The notes beneath the pieces are model-generated. The model was not told the origin of the DNA. It did not search any database and saw only the letters and a program-made list of their open reading frames with translations. Source: Gammaproteobacteria bacterium (GTDB lineage Bacteria; Pseudomonadota; Gammaproteobacteria; Steroidobacterales; Rariloculaceae). Taken from it: 64,000 nucleotides of DNA. Below, piece by piece: positions 57,484 to 64,000 of this stretch (positions within the stretch are counted from its first letter, which is position 1; the number at the start of each line of letters is the position of its first letter). The stretch is from assembly GCA_022826245.1 (NCBI GenBank), contig JAJDVG010000046.1:5523-69522 (forward strand), written 5' to 3'. Position numbers and translations under genes: made by a program.

Positions 57484-58596
57484 ATGCGCGGCGCCGATAT
57501 TCGTCAGGAAGGGCTGTTCAGCTACGTGTCCGCGGAGAGCCGGGTCCCGAAGCGGCATCCGCTGCGACCGATCAGGGAGATGGTTGACACGGCGCTGGCG
57601 GAGCTGACGCAGGAGTTCGAGGCGAGCTACGCGCATACGGGCCGGCCGTCGATTCTGCCGGAGAAGCGGGTCAGGGCCTTGCTGTTGCAGGTGTTCTACT
57701 CGATCCGCAGCGAACGGCTGTTGTGCGAGCAGTTGGATTACAACCTGCTGTTTCGGTGGTTCGTGGGGCTGTCGATGGACGATGCGGTCTGGAACCACTC
57801 GACGTTCTCGAAGAACCGGGATCGCCTGATGCAGGCGAACATCGCCCAGGCGTTCTTCGAGGAGGTGCTGGCCCAAGCGCGTGCCCAGGGGTTGACCAGC
57901 GACGAGCATTTCAGCGTGGACGGGACGCTGATCGAGGCTTGGGCGTCGCTGAAGAGCTTTCGTCCGCGCGACGATTCCGACGATCCGCCTCAAGGCGGCG
58001 GGCGTAATCCCGACCGCGATTTTCATGGCGAGCGGCGCAAGAACGAGACCCACGCCTCCACGACCGATCCGGAAGCGAGGCTGTTTCGCAAGGGCAAGGG
58101 CAAGGAAGCCCGGCTGTGCTACATGGGCCATGTGCTGACCGAGAACCGTCACGGTCTGGCGGTCGACGCCCGGCTGAGCCCGGCCACCGGTACGGCCGAA
58201 CGCGAGGCGGCGCTTGACATGCTCGAGGCGATACCGGGCCGGCACCGGATCACCCTCGGCGCCGACAAGAACTACGACACTCGGGCGTTCGTCGCCGCCA
58301 CGCGGGCGCTGAACGCGACCCCGCACGTGGCGCGGAACGCGACCCCGCACGTGGCGCGGAACACCACCCACCGGCGCTCGGCCATTGACGGGCGAACGAC
58401 GCGGCATCGCGGCTACGCCCTCAGCCAGCGGGTGCGCAAACGCATCGAGGAAACGATCGGCTGGGCCAAGGAGGTCGGCCCGGTGCGCAAGACCAGGTTC
58501 AGAGGGGTCGATCGAGTCCAGTTCCAATGGCTGCTGACGCTCAGCGGATACAACCTGGTCCGGATGCGCAATCTCGTCGCGGAAGCACCCACGTAG
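57484..58596 (+). CDS. IS5-family DDE transposase
   Basis: EGLFSYVSAESRVPKRHPLRPIREM...LDYNLLFRWFVGL is a DUF772-type N-terminus. GADKNYDTRAFV...RKRIEETIGWAK are DDE-region blocks. Confidence 0.85.
   Translation: MRGADIRQEGLFSYVSAESRVPKRHPLRPIREMVDTALAELTQEFEASYAHTGRPSILPEKRVRALLLQVFYSIRSERLLCEQLDYNLLFRWFVGLSMDDAVWNHSTFSKNRDRLMQANIAQAFFEEVLAQARAQGLTSDEHFSVDGTLIEAWASLKSFRPRDDSDDPPQGGGRNPDRDFHGERRKNETHASTTDPEARLFRKGKGKEARLCYMGHVLTENRHGLAVDARLSPATGTAEREAALDMLEAIPGRHRITLGADKNYDTRAFVAATRALNATPHVARNATPHVARNTTHRRSAIDGRTTRHRGYALSQRVRKRIEETIGWAKEVGPVRKTRFRGVDRVQFQWLLTLSGYNLVRMRNLVAEAPT
58311..58358 (+). repeat. perfect 24-bp in-frame tandem duplication inside the transposase gene
   Basis: GAACGCGACCCCGCACGTGGCGCG occurs twice back to back, encoding NATPHVAR-NATPHVAR. 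Confidence 0.95.
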
Positions 58597-58793
58597 CCAC
58601 CGCGATGTGCCCGAAGTGCGTATCGAAACGCAACAGGAGGACGAAAAAGGATGCACCGAGAACACGGCAACCGACGCAACATTCGCCCGATGACCGCCTT
58701 CCAGTTTCGAATCGATCTGAACTCTGTCGTGCATGAAATTTCAAGACGTTTTTCAACGGCCTGTTAGAGGTCGCTTCACAAAAAGGAATAGTA

Positions 58794-59240
58794 ATGAAGG
58801 AAATGTCAGCGTTCTTCTTGTTGCTCATCCGCAGTTCTGGTGCTGCAGTAATTGGCTTTACAGTCCTGTGCACTCCTGTTCTCGCTCATCATTCATATGC
58901 GATGTTTGATCTCGAGAACACGGTCGTACATGAAGGTGTCGTGAAGCGTTTTCTTTGGACGAATCCGCACAGTCTGCTGGTCATGACGGTAACCGACTCG
59001 GACGGTGTCGAGCATGACTACAACTACGAAGCAAACGGCCCGGGTTATCTTGCACGCAACGGCTGGAAGCGGCAGACCGTCCGGCCGGGCGACCGCGTGA
59101 CCATTGTTTCCAATCCGTTGATGGATGGCAGTCCGGGCGGGAACCTGGTTGCGCTGACGCTGCCCGACGGGACAACGCTGTCGGCGCAACCAGGCGTCAC
59201 ACCGGACGAGGTGAGTGAGTTGACTGGAGCTGATCAATGA
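58794..59240 (+). CDS. small secreted protein, DUF6152-like, predicted mature N-terminus His-His (module copy 1, gene A)
   Basis: SD AGGAA upstream. Signal peptide ...CTPVLA|HHSYAMFD. WTNPH and PGDRVT..GGN blocks are shared with 60047..60424. Confidence 0.65.
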   Translation: MKEMSAFFLLLIRSSGAAVIGFTVLCTPVLAHHSYAMFDLENTVVHEGVVKRFLWTNPHSLLVMTVTDSDGVEHDYNYEANGPGYLARNGWKRQTVRPGDRVTIVSNPLMDGSPGGNLVALTLPDGTTLSAQPGVTPDEVSELTGADQ

Positions 59241-60025
59241 GCGCCGGCTATCGGATTCGCGCGGCACTGCTGATATTCGCGGCACTGGGTATCAGTTCGT
59301 TTACGGCAGCCCAGACCGCGCTCGACGGCCTGTATCAGAGCGCGCTCGATCCGGAAAATCTTGCCAGGAGCAGGCCTGCGGCGCCGTTTGATCTGACCGG
59401 CACCTGGAACATGATCATTGATCCCGAGACCGGCATGCATCAGTTTCTGCCGATGCCGAAGCTGACGCCGGCCGCCCAGGCCGTATTCGACAGGCATCAG
59501 GAGTTTGCAAGTCAGGGTTTCGAGTATCGGGACGATCCGGCTGCATGCTGGCCGCTGGGTATGCCCAGGATGATGACACGGTTTTGGCCGATTCAGATCA
59601 TTCAGCTGCCGACGATGGTGCAGCTCACGACGATGTTCAATAACAGCATCCGCTGGATATTCACCGACGGTCGTCCGCATCCGCCGGAGGATCTGATCGT
59701 GTACAACTACAACGGTCATTCGATCGGGCGTTGGGAAGATGACGAGTTGGTCATTGAGACGATCGGCATGACCGGCGAACGTCGCTGGATTCAGGAAGGT
59801 ATTCAGACCGGGGAGAACCTGCGCATCATTGAACGAATTCGGATGGACGAAGACGGTCAGGCATTCGATATCGAGTTCTCAATGACCGACCCGGACAACT
59901 GGGAAGGGACCTGGACGAATACGAAGCGCTTTGTCCGCCAGCCCCGCTCAGACATCGAAGAACATGTCTGTATTTACGAGCAGATGCGTGAGCTGCCAAG
60001 CTTCAGATTCAACATTCGCGAGTAA
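59237..60025 (+). CDS. secreted protein of unknown function (module copy 1, gene B)
   Basis: ATGA overlap with gene A and a signal peptide. Blocks shared with 60421..61239: DPAAACWPLGMPRMM, GHSIGRWEDDELVIET, DPDNWEGTWT and EEHVC. Confidence 0.6.
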   Translation: MSAGYRIRAALLIFAALGISSFTAAQTALDGLYQSALDPENLARSRPAAPFDLTGTWNMIIDPETGMHQFLPMPKLTPAAQAVFDRHQEFASQGFEYRDDPAACWPLGMPRMMTRFWPIQIIQLPTMVQLTTMFNNSIRWIFTDGRPHPPEDLIVYNYNGHSIGRWEDDELVIETIGMTGERRWIQEGIQTGENLRIIERIRMDEDGQAFDIEFSMTDPDNWEGTWTNTKRFVRQPRSDIEEHVCIYEQMRELPSFRFNIRE

Positions 60026-60046
60026 ATACAGCGCAGGAGAAGTGTC

Positions 60047-60424
60047 ATGACGATTGCAGGAAAAATTCGAATGCTCGTGATGCTTGCCGTGCTGGCATTG
60101 CCGGCGGCAGCACATCACTCTTTTGCGATCTTCGACTCCACGAGGGAAGTCACGATCAGCGGGACCGTTGCTGAGTTTCAGTGGACGAATCCGCACTGCT
60201 GGCTGCATGTGGATGTGGTCGGTGACGACGGGGTTGCCGAGCAGTGGGCGGTCGAGATGCTGAGCAAGAACGTGCTTGGCCGGATGGGGTGGAACCGCAT
60301 TTCAGTTAAGCCCGGCGATGAGGTGACGGTCGTGCTGCACCCTGTTCGCACCGGGGCCAGTGGCGGCAATATGGTGCGCATATTTGACGCAGCCGGGGAG
60401 CCGATCGGAGGGCCGCTGCAATGA
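60047..60424 (+). CDS. small secreted protein, DUF6152-like, predicted mature N-terminus His-His (module copy 2, gene A)
   Basis: SD AGGAGA upstream. Signal peptide ...LALPAAA|HHSFAIFD. WTNPH and PGDEVT..GGN blocks. Confidence 0.65.
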   Translation: MTIAGKIRMLVMLAVLALPAAAHHSFAIFDSTREVTISGTVAEFQWTNPHCWLHVDVVGDDGVAEQWAVEMLSKNVLGRMGWNRISVKPGDEVTVVLHPVRTGASGGNMVRIFDAAGEPIGGPLQ

Positions 60425-61239
60425 AACAGCCGATATCAATCATTATCGGCCTGATCTCGATGGTGCTTGCAGGCGGTGCCACAGCGCAATTTGGTACACC
60501 GGTTATTGAAGAGCTTGAAGTTTCTCCACCTGTGCCGGCGCGATTGCCGGACGGCCGCCCGAACTGGACCGGCTTCTGGATTGTGCCGAACGGATTGCTT
60601 GATACCTATCGCGGCCCGAGTGGTGTGGACGGTCAGGCTCCTGGTACCAATACGCGCAGCGCCCGCCGCCAGGACATCCCGCCATTGAAGGAACCTTATG
60701 AAACGATGTATGTGGAGGCATTGAGAAAATCAGCGGCCGGAGAACTCTCCGATCCGGTAGCTGCATGTTTTCCGCCCGGGATGCCGCGAGTGATGGTGAT
60801 GATTTACGGCATGGAGATTCTGCAGACGCCGAATGTCATTTCGATTACCAGTGAGTGGGGGCCGGCAACGCGCCGGATATGGATGGACCTCGACGAGCAC
60901 CCGCCTCTCGAAGAGCTCGATCCAACTTACCAGGGGCACTCTATTGGACGGTGGGAAGACGACACACTGGTGATCTCGACCGTCGGCATCCGCGAGGATG
61001 TACCACTCGACTTCGGACAACTGCCGCATAGCCCCAGACTTCATGTTATCGAGCGGTTCACGGAAGTCAGGCCCGGCGTACTCGTTAATGAGCTGACAGT
61101 GGAGGACCCGGAGGTGTTTGAAGAGCCGTGGACTTCCCGCTATGTTTATGTATATAGGCCCGATTTCCGGCTGCAGGAATTCGTCTGTCAGGAAAATAAT
61201 CGCAATATCGATGCGGACGGTCACTCGGTATTTGAATAG
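60421..61239 (+). CDS. secreted protein of unknown function (module copy 2, gene B)
   Basis: ATGA overlap with gene A and a signal peptide. DPVAACFPPGMPRVM, GHSIGRWEDDTLVIST, DPEVFEEPWT and QEFVC blocks. Confidence 0.6.
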   Translation: MKQPISIIIGLISMVLAGGATAQFGTPVIEELEVSPPVPARLPDGRPNWTGFWIVPNGLLDTYRGPSGVDGQAPGTNTRSARRQDIPPLKEPYETMYVEALRKSAAGELSDPVAACFPPGMPRVMVMIYGMEILQTPNVISITSEWGPATRRIWMDLDEHPPLEELDPTYQGHSIGRWEDDTLVISTVGIREDVPLDFGQLPHSPRLHVIERFTEVRPGVLVNELTVEDPEVFEEPWTSRYVYVYRPDFRLQEFVCQENNRNIDADGHSVFE

Positions 61240-61263
61240 CGTTGCAATGAGGAAGGCCGGCCT

Positions 61264-61845
61264 GTGATTAGCCGCAGAAATGTATTGAAGTCAGGTGCGG
61301 CAGGCATAGCGACGATGGTCGCGTCTGGCTCAGTCCCGGCAACGACTGCTGTGAATGGAATCATGCCGTCTGCGGGGATTCGCCGCGCAGTATTCGATCC
61401 GCGCCATCGTGAAAGTCGTGACTTTGCGCAGGCATTTGAGCAACTCGGTGTAATGACCAGCCCGGTGCGAAACGACGTGGCGGGACTCTGGTACGGTGAT
61501 CTTCGCGATCAATTGCGCGCAGCAAGATCGCCTTTTGTCGGGCTCACAGATCGCTCGGCGCTTTTCTGTCTGGAAGAACTGGCGCGAGACCTGAACATGA
61601 GAGTGCGCTACCGGATTGATCGCGTGGTTGACTCCGGCGGGCGGGTTCTTCATCAAGTGTCGGGTCTGCCCGTCGATGTGGCGGAGATTCACGATCCTGG
61701 TGTCGACGAGCGTTTCGGCCATGCGATGGCCCGTCTGGCTCATCGCTTCGAAATCGAATCATTGGGTAACGTTCGTGCCCAAAAATACACGGGACCGTTC
61801 AGCAATGCGCACGAGCGAGCGCTCGTTGCGTGGCTTATCGCCTAG
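61264..61845 (+). CDS. Tat-signal protein of unknown function, upstream of the flavocytochrome genes
   Basis: GTG start after the GAGGAAGG SD. Twin-arginine motif ISRRNVLKSGAAGIATMVASG. No cofactor motif was recognised. Confidence 0.6.
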   Translation: MISRRNVLKSGAAGIATMVASGSVPATTAVNGIMPSAGIRRAVFDPRHRESRDFAQAFEQLGVMTSPVRNDVAGLWYGDLRDQLRAARSPFVGLTDRSALFCLEELARDLNMRVRYRIDRVVDSGGRVLHQVSGLPVDVAEIHDPGVDERFGHAMARLAHRFEIESLGNVRAQKYTGPFSNAHERALVAWLIA

Positions 61846-61918
61846 CTGTGCGTCGCAGATCGACGCGCTTCGCATAACGAGTCTCGGAAAAACAGTGTAA
61901 CTACAGGAGATTTTCGCG

Positions 61919-63532
61919 ATGGCACTACCTCCGAATGTAAGCGCAGAAGATTTTGCAGCTGCGCTTACTGACTTTGCTGCGGCGGTTGGCGACGACTGGG
62001 TTTTCAGTTCCGACGAAGACGTTGCGCAATACCGGGATTCCTACTCAATTCTCTGGGGAGAGCCCGAAGAACGAGTTGCTTCTGCGGCAGTTGCGCCGGC
62101 CAACGTAGAGCAGATCCAGCAGATAGTTCGCGTGGCTAACCGCTATGGTATTCCTCTCTATCCGATTTCCACGGGCAGGAACCTGACCTATGGGGGTGCG
62201 GCGCCAAACCTCTCCGGGAGTGTAGTGCTCGATCTGAAACGCATGAACCGGATTCTCGAGGTCGATGAGGATCGCCATTTTGCGCTTGTTGAACCAGGTG
62301 TTTCCTATTTCGATCTTTACAACTACATTCAGGAGCGCGGCCTCAAGCTCATGCTCGATGTGCCCGATCCTGGGTGGGGTAGCCCGATCGGCAACAGTCT
62401 CGATCATGGTGTTGGTTACACGATGGCGCCGTTCAGAGACCATTTTGGTTCGCACTGCGGGATGGAGTTCGTGACCGCGGAGGGCGAAGTCGTCCGTACC
62501 GGTAACGGCGCGATACCGGGTTCAGACGGCTGGCAGGATTATCGTTACGGCGTTGGTCCGATGATTGACGGTCTGCTTGCACAGTCAAACTTCGGCATCG
62601 TGACCAAGATGGGATTCTGGCTCATGCCAATGCCTGAAACCTTCCTGACCGGGACGGTGATGGTGCCGCGCTATGGCGATTTCGATGCGCTTGTCAAGGA
62701 GGTCAGCTACCTTGAGGACTCGTTCATGATTGGCCTGCCGGATTTCGGCAGCCCTTCAGCCGAAGGTGACCCTGGCGGGCCTATGGCGGCGCTGATGCAA
62801 AACGGCTGGCCATCTGTCGAGCAGCTCGAGGAGTTCGTCAGCGCGCAGGGTATGCCTGCCTGGTCTGTTGAGCTGCGGTTCTATGGTCCGGAGGAAGTCG
62901 TGCGCGCTGCCTGGGGAGCGGCACAGCGACGTTTCAGGGACCGCATTCCGGGGGCTACGTTTGAGGACGGTTATTTCTGGCGGCTGCCCTTGTCGGCAGA
63001 AGATGTAGCAGAAAATCCGCGTAAGCCGGAGCTTGGCATTCCGGCGCTCGAGATTTTCGATATGGTTGCGAGAAAACCTTACACCAATGATGCGCCATGG
63101 GAAGGGCACGCAGACTTTTTTGCATTCTTGCCGAGGAAGGCAGAAGCAGTCCACAAAGCTGCCCGAATGATGTATGAGACCTACACTGAAGTCGGGGCGC
63201 CGCCGGTGCATCATCCGTTTTTCACGCCGATCAACTACTACTCTCGCGCATATATCATGGCAACGCTGGTCCCGACCTGGCGGGATCCGGCCAGAAACGC
63301 GCAGAGTCGAGCGCTGTTTTCACTGCTTCTTGATCGATGCGCAGAAAACGGTTGGGGCGTGTATCGCACAAACCCGGCTTTCCAGGAGCAGGCGGTGAGC
63401 AAGTACTCATACAACAACAGCGCGCTGCAGCGGTACCAGGAAAGACTCAAGGACAGCATCGATCCCAACGGCATCATTTCGCCGGGCCGCTATGGAATCT
63501 GGCCGGCTGGCATGAGGAGCGGCCGAGCATGA
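61919..63532 (+). CDS. VAO/PCMH-family FAD-linked oxidase (p-cresol methylhydroxylase flavoprotein-like)
   Basis: AVAPANVEQIQQIVRVANRYGIPLYPISTGRNLTYGGAAP is a PCMH-type FAD-binding domain. 537 aa, with no signal peptide visible. Confidence 0.8.
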   Translation: MALPPNVSAEDFAAALTDFAAAVGDDWVFSSDEDVAQYRDSYSILWGEPEERVASAAVAPANVEQIQQIVRVANRYGIPLYPISTGRNLTYGGAAPNLSGSVVLDLKRMNRILEVDEDRHFALVEPGVSYFDLYNYIQERGLKLMLDVPDPGWGSPIGNSLDHGVGYTMAPFRDHFGSHCGMEFVTAEGEVVRTGNGAIPGSDGWQDYRYGVGPMIDGLLAQSNFGIVTKMGFWLMPMPETFLTGTVMVPRYGDFDALVKEVSYLEDSFMIGLPDFGSPSAEGDPGGPMAALMQNGWPSVEQLEEFVSAQGMPAWSVELRFYGPEEVVRAAWGAAQRRFRDRIPGATFEDGYFWRLPLSAEDVAENPRKPELGIPALEIFDMVARKPYTNDAPWEGHADFFAFLPRKAEAVHKAARMMYETYTEVGAPPVHHPFFTPINYYSRAYIMATLVPTWRDPARNAQSRALFSLLLDRCAENGWGVYRTNPAFQEQAVSKYSYNNSALQRYQERLKDSIDPNGIISPGRYGIWPAGMRSGRA

Positions 63533-63894
63533 GAAAAGCGATAATCACAGCTGGTCTGGCATTGTTGGCAACCACCGTCGGGCTCGCGCAGAACGCACCT
63601 TCACGCGACAACGGGAAAGTGGTGTACGACAAGTGGTGTTTGCCCTGTCATGGCGCCGTTGCACCGGCCGAAATGCCATTCGGTGGCTATGGACTGCCGG
63701 GCACGTCTGCGTTGCGAATAAAATACCGGGGTGAGATTCCGGCGGTCCTCGAAGATCGCACCGACCTCGTTCCTGCATTCATTAGAACAGTTGTGCGAGG
63801 CGGATTATTCGGAATGCCAATGACGAGAAGAACCGAAATCAGTGATGCCGAGCTCGACGACATCATCACTTATCTGACGAGAAACAATAACTAG
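63529..63894 (+). CDS. monohaem c-type cytochrome (flavocytochrome small subunit-like)
   Basis: Internal start MRKAIITAGLALLATTVGLA (Sec signal) in an ATGA overlap with the oxidase stop. One CLPCH haem motif. A distal GMPM is a possible Met ligand. Confidence 0.8.
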   Translation: MRKAIITAGLALLATTVGLAQNAPSRDNGKVVYDKWCLPCHGAVAPAEMPFGGYGLPGTSALRIKYRGEIPAVLEDRTDLVPAFIRTVVRGGLFGMPMTRRTEISDAELDDIITYLTRNNN

Positions 63895-64000
63895 CTCAGG
63901 GCAACGCTCGCATTTCGAGGTGAGCAGGACAATTGAAAGCGGCTGCAGATTTGCCGTGCCTTAGCAGCTATGTGCCTTCTTGCAGTTAGCGTTACAAACT

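Larger units (their letters stand above)
57392..58763 (+). mobile_element. IS5-family insertion sequence (1372 bp) with imperfect terminal inverted repeats
   Basis: IRL is CAGGCTGTTGAAAAAGTC. IRR (reverse complement) is CAGGCCGTTGAAAAACGTC. Flanks are TTAA (57388-57391) and TTAG (58764-58767), consistent with a YTAR-type 4-bp target duplication with one change. Confidence 0.8.

Noticed and set aside
57388-58734. 448-aa minus-strand ORF inside the IS5 element
   Set aside because: It is antisense to the transposase gene, which has clear DUF772/DDE blocks.

Overview
This is a 64-kb chromosomal segment from a high-GC Gammaproteobacterium. That call rests on the lptD-surA-pdxA-rsmA-apaH operon and on tRNA-flanked gltX. 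All calls come from reading the supplied ORF translations and the raw sequence by eye; no searches were run.

Layout, left to right:
- (1) 1-2334: a kynurenine-branch block (kmo, kynU, 3-HAO) on the minus strand.
- (2) 2397-8747: the lptD-surA-pdxA-rsmA-apaH operon, with a 109-bp palindromic MITE/REP-like element in the only non-overlapping junction.
- (3) 8839-9531: a murU-like gene.
- (4) 9.5-24.1 kb: a large envelope cluster built on MoxR + DUF58 + three MIDAS/VWA proteins + DUF4159 + a 1245-aa Gly/Gln low-complexity membrane protein. It is expanded by a caspase-fold protein whose catalytic Cys appears replaced by Ser, and by a TPR-HExxH peptidase.
- (5) 24.2-36.3 kb: an ABC ATPase + adaptor pair without a permease, then assorted hydrolases and transporters, an orphan DUF1778 antitoxin-like gene, and thrC.
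- (6) 36.3-40.8 kb: a candidate defence islet. It holds a lower-GC orphan ORF and a 1126-aa fusion of Cas4-like 4Fe-4S nuclease, RNase-H-like domain and SF1 helicase. The last 17 codons and stop of that fusion lie in a half copy of the same palindromic element.
- (7) 41-49 kb: redox and sugar-type enzymes, including an EboE-like TIM barrel, and ugd.
- (8) 49.2-51.1 kb: tRNA-Val, gltX, tRNA-Ala, tRNA-Glu.
- (9) 51.1 kb to the right edge: a visibly lower-GC island next to tRNA-Glu, carrying two IS elements. It encodes a tandem-TetR regulator, a TonB-dependent receptor, a tandemly duplicated two-gene module (small secreted protein with a predicted His-His mature N-terminus plus a ~265-aa secreted partner), and a VAO/PCMH-type flavocytochrome c with a Tat-signal accessory protein.

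No CRISPR array or rRNA was seen. Many long ORFs in the track are antisense shadow ORFs typical of high-GC DNA and were rejected.
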